The translations under genes were made by a program, and so were the position numbers. Below, in pieces: positions 41,382-50,203 of a DNA stretch of 64,000 bases; the stretch's first letter is position 1; every line of letters starts with the position of its first letter. The notes below the pieces were generated by a model. That model was not told the origin of the DNA and ran no database searches. It worked only from the letters and a program-made list of their open reading frames with translations. Source of the stretch: Actinomycetota bacterium (GTDB taxonomy: Bacteria > Actinomycetota > Thermoleophilia > Gaiellales > Gaiellaceae). The stretch lies in assembly GCA_046729795.1 (NCBI GenBank), contig JBKPHH010000010.1, positions 10,397 to 74,396 on the forward strand, read 5' to 3'.

Positions 41382-42724
41382 AGGCGCGACTGCTCCTGGT
41401 CGCCGTGGCCGCGCTAGCGTCGTCCTCGACGGCGTCGGCGGAGCTCGTGGCACCGGGGGCCGAGGACGGACGCGTCGCCGTGACCCGAAACGGGACCCCG
41501 TTCGTCTCGTTCTTCCGCGACAAGAGGCTGATCCTTCGAAGCCGTCAGATCAACGGCCGATGGCGTAGCCAGTCGATCGCTGGGTTTCCCCCAAACTCCA
41601 GCCTGGTCAGCCTTCTCGTCGGCCGCTCGGGACCTGTGGCCCTCGTCGCCGGACCCCGCTCTCGAACGCTCTCAGTCGTTCGGCTGGTCGGCGGGCGTTG
41701 GCAGGTCGCACCGATTGTCAGACGCCTTCGCAGGAACGTCACGCTCGGTTGGCCGGGCCTCGGGCTCGATCGACGCGGCCTGCCCGTGGTCGCGTACACG
41801 AGATGGAATGCGCAGACCCGGCTCAGCTCGCTCATCCTTGCCCGAGTCGGTCCCGACGGCGGGGTCCGCTACCACCAGATCACCGTCGGGGGTTTTCCGA
41901 AGAGCTACGTCGCCCCTCCCGCGGCGCCCGTGGTCTTGCCGGGCGACCAAGTGCACGTCCTCGAGTCGTTCGGAATAGACGGGGCCGTCGGGACGATCGA
42001 CTGGACGCGCGGGCCCAGGGCGTGGAGCGGTCAGTTCATCGACGGTGGTTACGGAGACTTTCCGGTCGGGCCGCTGTTCGCCGCTCTCGGGCCTCGGCGA
42101 GCGATCTACGCAGCCTGGAGCCAGGCGCTGTTCGGCACCGGCGATTTTCCCGTCACCCTCGCCGTGCGCGGTCGCTCGATCGATGCGAACTTTGTCCTGA
42201 ATCGAGCACTGACCACGGGCTTGGCGATCACGACAGGCGGCGCCGAGATCGCGGCAAACGAGTGGGTGACCGCCGACGAGCTTGGCGTCGGGGGTTCCGG
42301 AACGGACTGGGCGGCGCGGATCGTCGGTCGGGGACGGGCGGCAATCGAGCTCGACGGCTGGATTGCAGGCATCGCGAGCTCCGGGCCTTCGCGGGACGTC
42401 CTCTTATCCGGTCCGGCCGGCCTTTCGTGGTTTCGGTCGCGTGCCCCCCTCTTCACGCGAGTGACGCTGAAGGCGACGCCCAAGGCGGACGGGACCGTCC
42501 TCCTGACCGGCGCCGTCCGCGGGGCGGCGCGGGGTTCCGTGATGCTCTATCGCGAACGGCCCGGCGCTCCTCGTCAGGTCGCCGGCGGCACAGCGATCGG
42601 CGCGGGCGGGTCGTTTTCATTGATCGACAGGCCGCCGGCACGCCCGCTTCTCTATCGGGCGGTCTACGCCGATCCGGTGAGCGGACTGCCGTACGCGGCG
42701 CTGCTCCGCGATCCTGTCGACTGA
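41378..42724 (+). CDS. secreted hypothetical protein (signal peptide, repeat/beta-rich, C-terminal Ig-like domain)
   Basis: In ORF 40808..42724 from GTG 41378 (GTGA overlap with the peptidase stop). VKARLLLVAVAALASSSTASA signal peptide. No family recognised. Confidence 0.62.
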   Translation: MKARLLLVAVAALASSSTASAELVAPGAEDGRVAVTRNGTPFVSFFRDKRLILRSRQINGRWRSQSIAGFPPNSSLVSLLVGRSGPVALVAGPRSRTLSVVRLVGGRWQVAPIVRRLRRNVTLGWPGLGLDRRGLPVVAYTRWNAQTRLSSLILARVGPDGGVRYHQITVGGFPKSYVAPPAAPVVLPGDQVHVLESFGIDGAVGTIDWTRGPRAWSGQFIDGGYGDFPVGPLFAALGPRRAIYAAWSQALFGTGDFPVTLAVRGRSIDANFVLNRALTTGLAITTGGAEIAANEWVTADELGVGGSGTDWAARIVGRGRAAIELDGWIAGIASSGPSRDVLLSGPAGLSWFRSRAPLFTRVTLKATPKADGTVLLTGAVRGAARGSVMLYRERPGAPRQVAGGTAIGAGGSFSLIDRPPARPLLYRAVYADPVSGLPYAALLRDPVD

Positions 42725-42729
42725 ATACC

Positions 42730-42735
42730 TAGACT
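42730..42735 (+). promoter_or_regulatory. -10-like TAGACT, 9 nt upstream of the efp ATG
   Basis: accTAGACTgatcgcccgATG. Confidence 0.4.
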
Positions 42736-42744
42736 GATCGCCCG

Positions 42745-43311
42745 ATGGCCGAAACCGTCTCCACGAATCAGTTTCGGAACGGGATGCACATCGGGCTCGA
42801 GGGCGGCGTGTGGCGCATCGTCGAGTTCCAGCACGTGAAGCCCGGCAAGGGAGGCGCGTTCGTGCGCACGAAGCTGAAGAGCCTCGACTCCGGGGCCGTT
42901 GTCGACAAGACCTTCCGCGCGGGTGAAAAGTTCCCGCGCGTCCGCACCGAGGTGAAGGAGGTTCAGTACCTCTACGACGCGGGTGACGAGGTCGTCTTCA
43001 TGGACCAGGAGACCTACGAGCAGTTTGGGCTCTCGCGCGACTCGGTCTCCGACGCGCTCGAATACCTCGAGCCGTCGAGCTCGGTGCAGATGCTGACCGT
43101 CGACGGACGTCCCGCGAGCGTGCAGATGCCCTCGTCGGTGGAGCTGACCGTGAAGGAGACGGAGCCCGGAGTTCGCGGCGACACGGTCTCCAACGTGACC
43201 AAGCCGGCGACCCTCGAGACCGGCGCGGTCGTCCAGGTGCCGCTGTTCGTCAACGTGGGCGACCGGATCAAGGTCGATCCGCGCGAGCGGCGCTATATCT
43301 CGCGCGCCTAG
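42745..43311 (+). CDS. efp: elongation factor P
   Basis: STNQFRNGMHI...VEFQHVKPGKGGAFVRTKLKSL. 188 aa. Confidence 0.95.
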   Translation: MAETVSTNQFRNGMHIGLEGGVWRIVEFQHVKPGKGGAFVRTKLKSLDSGAVVDKTFRAGEKFPRVRTEVKEVQYLYDAGDEVVFMDQETYEQFGLSRDSVSDALEYLEPSSSVQMLTVDGRPASVQMPSSVELTVKETEPGVRGDTVSNVTKPATLETGAVVQVPLFVNVGDRIKVDPRERRYISRA

Positions 43312-44582
43312 ATTTCCGATCCGGCCGCTTCGACCTCGGCACCGGCAGTGTCGTCCGGAACGACGGCGGGTCGGGTCGGTCCCGACGTGTCTCTGATCCG
43401 CCACATGTCCGGGATCAGCAGGAGCACGAGGCTCGACGCCATCGTCAGGAAGAACGCGGCGAGCAGCGTCTCCTTGACGCCGACCGCCTCCGCGATCGGG
43501 CCGACGATCGCCAGGCCGAGCGGGCGGAGCGCCGTCGAGCCCATCCAGTCGTAAGCGGCGACGCGCGACAAGGCCTGCTGCGGGACGTTGCGCTGCAGCG
43601 TCGTCTCCCACAACGTCCCGGCGACCCCGATCGACAGGCCGGAGGCCACCTCCGTCAGTGCGATCGCCCATGCCGGCGCGGTGAACGCGAGCAGCACGAG
43701 GCTCGGCCCCGAAAGGAGGATGATCGACCAGGCGAAGACGAGGGGCCGCCGAGGCCGCAGGCGCATCGACCACGCGTTGCCGAGCAGCGTGCCGAAGCTG
43801 AACGCGACCAGGATGAACGCCCAGGCGCCGGCGCCGCCAAGCGACTCCTTCGCGACCAGGGGGCCCAGCACCATGATCGTCGACAGGTAGATCATCTGGA
43901 AGGCGGCGAAGTCGACGATGCTCGCCCAGAGCCAGGTGCGCGCCCGCACCTCGCGCCACCCGGCGCCAAGCGCGTGCCAGAACGACTCCGCCGCCGCGGG
44001 TACGTACCCGAGCGGCCGGAGCAAGCCGAGCAGGACTGCGCCGACCGCGAACGTGAGGGCGTCGCCGATCAGCGCCCAACCGGCGCCGACCGTAGCGACG
44101 AGCACACCGCCGATCGCAGGCCCGATGATCCCGCCGAGACTGAGCGTCAGAAACATCAGGCCGTTTGCCGCCTGGAGTTGGTCGGCCGGCACGAGCTGCG
44201 GCGTCAGTCCCGAAGCGGCCGGCCGGAAGACACCCGTGGCCGCGCCGTGCACGAATTGCAGCGCGATCAGCTGCCAGACCTGCGCGTGTCCGCCCACGAG
44301 GAGAAAGCCGAGCAGGCCCTGACTGAAGAAACGGATGACGTTCGAGGCGACCATGACCCGCTCCCTAGGCATGCGATCGGCCCACACGCCGCCGGCGAGA
44401 AAGAGCAGGACCTGGCCGAGGATTCGAGCGAAGAGGACGAGCCCTAGGTCGGACACCGACCCGGTCAGGTCGAGCACTGCAAAGGCGATCGCGACCGGCA
44501 CGAAGAAGTCGCCGACGGTGGAGATCACCTGGGAGACAAACAGCAGGCGAAAATCGCGCAGGCGCAGGACTTCCGGGACCAT
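43308..44582 (-). CDS. MFS transporter
   Basis: 424 aa, about 12 hydrophobic helices, GGVWADRMPRERV-type loop after TM2. Confidence 0.85.
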   Translation of the reverse strand: MVPEVLRLRDFRLLFVSQVISTVGDFFVPVAIAFAVLDLTGSVSDLGLVLFARILGQVLLFLAGGVWADRMPRERVMVASNVIRFFSQGLLGFLLVGGHAQVWQLIALQFVHGAATGVFRPAASGLTPQLVPADQLQAANGLMFLTLSLGGIIGPAIGGVLVATVGAGWALIGDALTFAVGAVLLGLLRPLGYVPAAAESFWHALGAGWREVRARTWLWASIVDFAAFQMIYLSTIMVLGPLVAKESLGGAGAWAFILVAFSFGTLLGNAWSMRLRPRRPLVFAWSIILLSGPSLVLLAFTAPAWAIALTEVASGLSIGVAGTLWETTLQRNVPQQALSRVAAYDWMGSTALRPLGLAIVGPIAEAVGVKETLLAAFFLTMASSLVLLLIPDMWRIRDTSGPTRPAVVPDDTAGAEVEAAGSEI

Positions 44583-44591
44583 TCCCGCCGC

Positions 44592-44597
44592 AACCTA
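44592..44597 (-). promoter_or_regulatory. -10-like TAGGTT, 9 nt upstream of the MFS ATG
   Basis: Reverse complement of aaccta. Lies in the 36-bp divergent spacer. Confidence 0.4.
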
Positions 44598-44602
44598 CTG
44601 GG

Positions 44603-44608
44603 TAAGGT
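44603..44608 (+). promoter_or_regulatory. -10-like TAAGGT, 10 nt upstream of ATG 44619
   Basis: ggTAAGGTcccgcttgcgATG. Head of the ~9-kb coupled gene run. Confidence 0.4.
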
Positions 44609-44618
44609 CCCGCTTGCG

Positions 44619-46439
44619 ATGCCCGCCCTCGTGGACACGACGGTCCGCCTGCTCTCGCAGGAACCGCTGGCCGGAACGCTGCCGACCGGCGAGCTCCTCG
44701 ACCTCGCCGAGATCCTCGACGGAGCGGGATTCGCCTATCTCGAAGTGTCCGGCGGCGGCGTCTTCGACAGCGCGGTCCGGCGTGGGGTCGAGAGCCCCTG
44801 GGAGCGCATCCGTGCGCTCAAGGGGCGGACGAAGACGCCGCTCGCGCTTGCACTCCGAGGCCGCTTCCTCGTCGGCTCACGGCCCGTCGGCGGTGACTTC
44901 GCGCGGCGCTTCGTCGCTTCTGCAGCCGAAAGCGGTATCGACGTCTTCCGTCTCCACGACCCGCTGAACGACGTCTCCAACCTGCGCGAGGCCGCTGAGG
45001 CGATCACGGGCGCCGGACGGGAGTTCGACGGTGGGCTCGTCTTCGGGTCCGGGTACACCGGCGAGACAGAGGCGCTGATCGAGCAGGCGCGCAAGCTTCC
45101 CGAGCTCGGCGCGTCGCGTGTACTGCTCCACGACCCGTCCAGCTCACTGCAGCCGCACCGCGCGCAGGAGCTGGTCGAGGGGCTGCGCGAAGCGAGCGGT
45201 TTGCCGGTGGGGCTCTACTGCCAGGGCGCCGGCGGCAATGCGCTCGCAGCCGCGCTCGGAGCGGTCCAGGCCGGAGCCGATCTCGTCTCCTGCGCCATCT
45301 ATCCGGTCGCCCTCACGCTCCACCGCGTCTCGGGCGAGGCGCTCGCGCAGGCTCTGGCCGGTCTCGGGATCGACAGCGGCGTGGATGTCGATGCGCTCTG
45401 GCGAGCCTCGGAGCTCGTCGACGAACACATTGGCGACGCGCCGGTGGCTCCGCTGACACCGCGCGTCGCGGTGCGCGCCGCGCAGCACAGCGTGCCGCCC
45501 GGGCTCGTCGCAGCGCTCGACGCGCACCTCCGCGCGCACGGCGCCAGCGACCGCATCGACGAGGTGCTCGAGGAGCTCGGGCGCGTCCGGGCGGAGGCCG
45601 GCTGGCCGCCCATGGCCGCGCCGATCGGCCAGATCCTCGCTTCGCAGGCGATCCTGAACGTTCTCGCCGCGAGCCGCTACCAATCGGTCGTGGACGAGCT
45701 CCGAGGCTTGCTCGAAGGCCGCTACGGCGACCCGCCTGGGAAGATCGACACGACCGTGCGCCGCGCGGTCGAGCTCCTTTCCGATAGGGACTCGGGCGAA
45801 GCGCCGCCGGTCGATCTGGACAGCCTGCGGGAGGAAGCCGAAGGGATCGCTTCGAGCGAGGAGGAGCTGCTCCTGCTCGCGCTCTTCGGCGACGAGGCTC
45901 GGCCGCTTCTCGAGACGATCCGGGGTCGGCACCGGCGCGAGGACACGCTCGAGGCGAGCGGCGTCGACAAAGCCCGCGCCGACCGCATTCGCGAGATCGT
46001 CCGCATCGTCCAGGAGTCCGGTGTGGGCGAGATCACGCTCGAGGAATCCGGGATGCGCGTCTCCATTCGCCGGACGCCCGAGCCGCTCGAGCCGGGGCTC
46101 GTCGCTCTCGAAGGCGAGGCCGAGGCTGAGGGGAACGCGGCGGAAAGCCCGGCCTCAGAGCCCTCCGCGGACGGCCTCGTGCGCGTCGAGGCGCCGATGG
46201 TCGGCACGTTCTACCGCGCTCCGCAGCCGGGCGCGCCTCCCTTCGTCGAGGAGGGAGACACTGTCGCGGCGGGCCAGACCCTTTGCATTCTCGAGGCGAT
46301 GAAGCTGATGAACGAAATCAAGGCCGACGTCGAGGGAGTCGTGCGCACGATCCACGCTCGTAACGCCGAGCCGGTGGAGTACGGCCAGCTTCTGTTCGAG
46401 CTCGAGCCCGTCACCGGCCGGCCGCTGGATGCCCTCTAG
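44619..46439 (+). CDS. carboxyltransferase(5S/PycB/OadA)-like domain with degenerate active site, fused to a biotin carboxyl carrier domain
   Basis: The N-terminal TIM-barrel-like region aligns to OadA/PycB (ESPWERIRALK, DVFRLHDPLND), but RDxHQS is VRLLSQE, KDM(A/S)G is HDPSS and HxH is YCQ. The C-terminus ends in a canonical biotinyl domain, GQTLCILEAMKLMNEIKAD. Confidence 0.78.
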   Translation: MPALVDTTVRLLSQEPLAGTLPTGELLDLAEILDGAGFAYLEVSGGGVFDSAVRRGVESPWERIRALKGRTKTPLALALRGRFLVGSRPVGGDFARRFVASAAESGIDVFRLHDPLNDVSNLREAAEAITGAGREFDGGLVFGSGYTGETEALIEQARKLPELGASRVLLHDPSSSLQPHRAQELVEGLREASGLPVGLYCQGAGGNALAAALGAVQAGADLVSCAIYPVALTLHRVSGEALAQALAGLGIDSGVDVDALWRASELVDEHIGDAPVAPLTPRVAVRAAQHSVPPGLVAALDAHLRAHGASDRIDEVLEELGRVRAEAGWPPMAAPIGQILASQAILNVLAASRYQSVVDELRGLLEGRYGDPPGKIDTTVRRAVELLSDRDSGEAPPVDLDSLREEAEGIASSEEELLLLALFGDEARPLLETIRGRHRREDTLEASGVDKARADRIREIVRIVQESGVGEITLEESGMRVSIRRTPEPLEPGLVALEGEAEAEGNAAESPASEPSADGLVRVEAPMVGTFYRAPQPGAPPFVEEGDTVAAGQTLCILEAMKLMNEIKADVEGVVRTIHARNAEPVEYGQLLFELEPVTGRPLDAL

Positions 46440-46442
46440 CCG

Positions 46443-47801
46443 GTGTTTCAACGAGTTCTGATCGCGAACCGCGGCGAGGTTGCCGTCCGGGTGATCCGCA
46501 CGCTGCACGAACTGGAGATCGAGGCTGTGGCCGTCTACTCGACCGCCGACAAGGACTCGATGCACGTGCAGTTCGCCGACCGCGCCGTCTGAATCGGCCC
46601 GCCTCCGGCCGGCGAAAGCTACTTGAAGATCCCGTCACTGATCGCCGCTGCGACGACGACGGGCTGCGAGGCCGTTCATCCGGGCTGGGGCTTCCTGGCT
46701 GAGAACCCGGCTTTCGTCGAAGCATGCGCCGACAACGAGCTCGTCTTCATCGGGCCGCGGGCCGAGACGATGGCCCGCATGGGCGACAAGGTCCAGGCGA
46801 AAGAGGAGTTGGGGAAGGCCGACGTGCCGCTCGTCCCGGGAACGAACGAGCTGGCGAGTGCTGCCGACGCGCGCGCGGCCGCCGACGAGGTCGGCTACCC
46901 GGTGCTGCTCAAGGCGGTCGCGGGAGGAGGCGGGAAAGGAATGCGGCTCGTGCAAACGCCCGACGAGCTGGAAGGAGCGTTCCAGATGGCGGCCGGCGAA
47001 GCCGATGCGGCGTTCGGCGATCCCAGCCTCTACCTCGAGACGGCGATCTCCCCGGCGCGGCACGTCGAGATCCAGGTGCTGGCGGATCGCGACGGAGGGG
47101 TGCTGACGCTCGGCGAGCGCGAATGCTCGATCCAGCGCCGCCACCAGAAGCTGATCGAGGAGTCCCCTTCCGCGGCGCTCACGCCGGACACGCGCGAGGC
47201 TATGGAGGCCGCGGCCGAGCGGGCTTGTCGCGCGATCGGCTACGAGAACGCGGGCACGTTCGAGTTCCTCGTCGGGCCGGACTCGTCCTTCTACTTCATC
47301 GAGCTGAACGCCCGGCTTCAGGTCGAGCATCCGGTATCGGAGCTCGTGACGGGGATGGATCTGGTCCGGGAGCAGCTGCGGGTCGCGTCGGGTGAACCGC
47401 TGGCGCGCACCGGCCGCGCCGCACGGCGTGGCCATGCGATCGAGGTTCGCATCAATGCGGAAGATCCAACGCGCGAGTTCGCGCCGAGCCCCGGGCGGGT
47501 GACGAAGCTGCGCACGCCGCTCGGCCCGGGAGTCCGGCTCGACACGCACGTCCGGGAGGGCGACACGGTGCCTCCGTACTACGACTCCCTGCTGGGGAAG
47601 CTGGTCGTCTGGGACGAGGACCGTCCCAGCGCGATCGCCCGCGCGCTGCGGGCGCTTGGTGAGCTCGCCGTCGAGGGTGTGCCAACGACACGCGAGACCG
47701 CGGTCGAAATCCTCCGCAGCGAAGAGTTTGCGAGCGGCCGTTATTCGACGAGCTTCCTCGCGGAGGCGGCGCCGCGACTCGCCACCCTTCGAGCGGGATG
47801 A
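46443..47801 (+). pseudogene. accC: biotin carboxylase (AccC/PycA) interrupted by a single in-frame TGA at 46590..46592
   Basis: GTG 46443 gives [72 protein letters not shown]... in one frame. The TGA replaces the Cys of the conserved AVCIGP motif. All downstream motifs are intact (GGGGKGMRLV, ECSIQRRHQKLIEE, ELNARLQVEHPVSE). Confidence 0.8.
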
Positions 47802-48097
47802 CCGACCGACTCGAGATCGACGGGCCGCAGGGCTCGATCTGCGTCACGCCTGCCGCGCTGACGCGTTTGGTCGCTTCCGCGGCCGAAGGCGTGGAGGGCG
47901 CTCGTCTTCGTCGCCGCCGCCTGGAGCTGTCGATCGAGGACGGACGCGCCCGGGCGAGCCTCGGCGTTCGTGCGCCCTATGGCGTCCCGCTGCAGGAGCT
48001 TGCGCGCTCGGTCCAGGAACGGGTCGGCGCCGCGCTCGAGCAGATGTGCGGTCTGGAGATCGAGACCGTCGACGTGATCGTCGAGGAGCTCGAGTGA
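47798..48097 (+). CDS. Asp23/Gls24 family envelope stress protein
   Basis: 99 aa. ATGA overlap with the accC stop. ...LTRLVASAAEGVEGA...VDVIVEEL pattern. Same position as Asp23-family yqhY between accC and nusB in Firmicutes. Confidence 0.75.
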   Translation: MTDRLEIDGPQGSICVTPAALTRLVASAAEGVEGARLRRRRLELSIEDGRARASLGVRAPYGVPLQELARSVQERVGAALEQMCGLEIETVDVIVEELE

Positions 48098-48480
48098 GCA
48101 CCGGACGTCGGGCAGCACGGCGGACGGCGCTCTTCGTGCTGTACCAGTGGGATGTCACCGGCCAGCCGCTCGCCTCGCTGTACGAGGGCGAGGTCGATCC
48201 GTTTGCCCGCGAGCTCGCCGAGGGCGTGGCGGAGCGGGCGGAGGAGCTCGACCGCCGCATCACCGCGGCGGCCGAGGACTGGACGGCGGACCGGCTCGGC
48301 GCCGTCGAGCGCAACGTGCTTCGGATCGCCCTCTACGAGCTCGACGCGGGCGCCGTTCCGCTCGAGGTCGCGATCGACGAGGCCGTCGAGCTGGCCAAGC
48401 GCTACGCGACCGAGGACGCCGCGCGGCTCGTGAACGGGATCCTCGGCCGGATCGCCAGGGAGCGGGAGGAGGTGAAATGA
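48094..48480 (+). CDS. nusB: transcription antitermination factor NusB
   Basis: GTGA overlap. RRAARRTALFVLYQWDV, ERNVLRIALYEL, ELAKRYATEDAARLVNGILG. Confidence 0.9.
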   Translation: MSTGRRAARRTALFVLYQWDVTGQPLASLYEGEVDPFARELAEGVAERAEELDRRITAAAEDWTADRLGAVERNVLRIALYELDAGAVPLEVAIDEAVELAKRYATEDAARLVNGILGRIAREREEVK

Positions 48481-48665
48481 GCTCGAACGACGCGCTCAAG
48501 CGCGCGGAGGACTTGCTGGAGCGCCTCGAGGAGGCTCGTCGTAAACTCGAAGCGACGACCGATCCCGACCAGGCGATCGACATCCTGCAGCAGCTGGCCG
48601 AGATCGCGAAGGAGGTCGAGGCAGAGCTGGGACGCGCGAAGCGGGAGGCCGATGAAGGGGTTTGA
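48477..48665 (+). CDS. 62-aa helical-hairpin protein, XseB-like (exodeoxyribonuclease VII small subunit-like, tentative)
   Basis: ATGA overlap with nusB. AEDLLERLEEARRKLEATTDPDQAIDILQQLAEIAKEVEAEL resembles the XseB helix-turn-helix hairpin, and it sits immediately upstream of the prenyl synthase as xseB does in Bacillus. Confidence 0.4.
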   Translation: MSSNDALKRAEDLLERLEEARRKLEATTDPDQAIDILQQLAEIAKEVEAELGRAKREADEGV

Positions 48666-49422
48666 GGAGCTGCTCGAGCTCGTCGAGCCCTATCTCGACG
48701 ATCTGGCGCTGACACCTGAGCTCGGCGGCCTGACCGAGCCGGTTCGGTACGCCCTCGCCGGCGGCGGCAAGCGCATCCGGCCGGTGCTCTGTCTTGCGAC
48801 GGCCGAGGCCGCAGGCGCGGACCCCGAGGCCGCGCTTCCGGCCGGCGCCGCGGTCGAGCTCGTGCACAACTTCTCGCTCGTGCACGACGACCTCCCGGCG
48901 CTCGATGACGACGAGCTTCGTCGCGGCCAGCCGAGCACGTGGGCGCAGTTCGGAGAGGCGAACGCGATCCTTGCGGGCGATGCTCTCCTCGTCGAGGCGT
49001 TCCGGCTCGCACTCTCCTACCCGACGACGGCGGTGGCGCGGGAGCTCGCGCAGGCGACGCTCGGGATGATCGGCGGTCAATACCTCGACATCACCGGCGG
49101 CGCGGACGACCTCGCCGCGTTGCACCGGCTCAAGACCGGACGGCTCTTCTCGGCCGCAGTCGCGTGCGCGCTCTGGGTCGCCGAGGTTCCCGAGTCCGGA
49201 CAGAAGCCGTGGCGCGCGTTTGCGGACGAGGTCGGAATGCTGTTCCAGATCGTGGACGACATCCTCGACGGCGACGGTTACGTCGTCTCTCACGGCGTCG
49301 ACGGCGCCCGGACGATGGCGGACCAGTCCGCCGAACGAGCCCAGGCGATCCTGGCCGAGCTCGACGCCGACACGACCGTCCTGAGCGAGATCGTTTCGGG
49401 CCTAAGCGCACGGACGTCGTAG
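48652..49422 (+). CDS. (E)-polyprenyl diphosphate synthase (FPP/GGPP synthase family)
   Basis: First DDxxD in LVHDDLPALDDDELRRG. Second in FQIVDDILD. Confidence 0.9.
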   Translation: MKGFEELLELVEPYLDDLALTPELGGLTEPVRYALAGGGKRIRPVLCLATAEAAGADPEAALPAGAAVELVHNFSLVHDDLPALDDDELRRGQPSTWAQFGEANAILAGDALLVEAFRLALSYPTTAVARELAQATLGMIGGQYLDITGGADDLAALHRLKTGRLFSAAVACALWVAEVPESGQKPWRAFADEVGMLFQIVDDILDGDGYVVSHGVDGARTMADQSAERAQAILAELDADTTVLSEIVSGLSARTS

Positions 49423-49438
49423 CGTTACCCTCTGGCGG

Positions 49439-50203
49439 GTGAAGAAGCGGCTCGACTTGCTGCTCGTGGAGCGCGGCCTCGCCGAGAGCCGCGCGCAGGC
49501 GCAGGCCCTCGTGCTCGCGGGCCGCGTGTCCGGCTTCGACAAGGCCGGCATGCAGGTCGACGAATCGACCGAGCTCGAGCTGAAGCCCGGCCCCCGGTTC
49601 GTTTCCCGCGGGGGCGAGAAGCTCGCCAATGCGCTCGACGCCCTGGGGCTCCAGGTTGCTGGCGAGGATTGCGTCGACATCGGCGCTTCCACGGGTGGGT
49701 TCACCGATGTGCTCTTGCAGCGCGGAGCGGCGAGGGTGATCGCCCTCGACGTCGGTTACGGCCAGCTCCATCCGCAGCTCCGTGAGGACCCCCGGGTGAC
49801 GGTGCTCGAGCGCGTCAATGCGCGCGAGCTGGAGGAGCTCCCGTTCGCGCCGAGCTTCGTCACTTGCGATGCCAGCTTCATCAGCATCCGCAAGGTGCTG
49901 CCGCCCGCGCTGGCGCTCGCCGCGCGGGGTTGGAGAGCCGTCGTGCTCGTGAAGCCCCAGTTCGAGGCCGGTCGCGACGAGGTCGGCAAGGGCGGGGTGG
50001 TGCGCGAATTCGAAGTCCAGCGCCGCGTTCTGCGCGAGGTGGCCGAGGCATCCCTCGCCTGGTCGGCGCAGCCCGCAGGCGTCGTCGACTCCGGCTTGCC
50101 GGGCCCGAAGGGCAATCGCGAGTTCTTCCTGTACCTCGAGAACCGGGACTACCCGGTCCTTCCTGATGACCTCGACCGCTGGATCGACGAAGCCGTCGGG
50201 TAA
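49439..50203 (+). CDS. tlyA: TlyA family rRNA (cytidine-2'-O)-methyltransferase
   Basis: S4-like N-terminus RLDLLLVERGLAESRAQAQALVLAGRV and SAM motif DIGASTGGFTDVLL. Confidence 0.9.
   Translation: MKKRLDLLLVERGLAESRAQAQALVLAGRVSGFDKAGMQVDESTELELKPGPRFVSRGGEKLANALDALGLQVAGEDCVDIGASTGGFTDVLLQRGAARVIALDVGYGQLHPQLREDPRVTVLERVNARELEELPFAPSFVTCDASFISIRKVLPPALALAARGWRAVVLVKPQFEAGRDEVGKGGVVREFEVQRRVLREVAEASLAWSAQPAGVVDSGLPGPKGNREFFLYLENRDYPVLPDDLDRWIDEAVG

Noticed and set aside
46590-46650. Confident call of a SECIS element downstream of the accC TGA
   Set aside because: Only a 5-6 bp GC hairpin (CGGCC-CGCCTCC-GGCCG) can be drawn. That is unremarkable at this GC content and lacks the longer stem and apical-loop features of known bacterial SECIS elements. 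The Sec hypothesis is kept only as something to test.
46623-47801. Treating the TTG-initiated 392-aa ORF as the real accC gene
   Set aside because: It would lack the entire conserved N-terminal subdomain. That subdomain is encoded in the same frame immediately upstream (46443..46589) and is separated only by one TGA. The locus is one gene with an internal stop.
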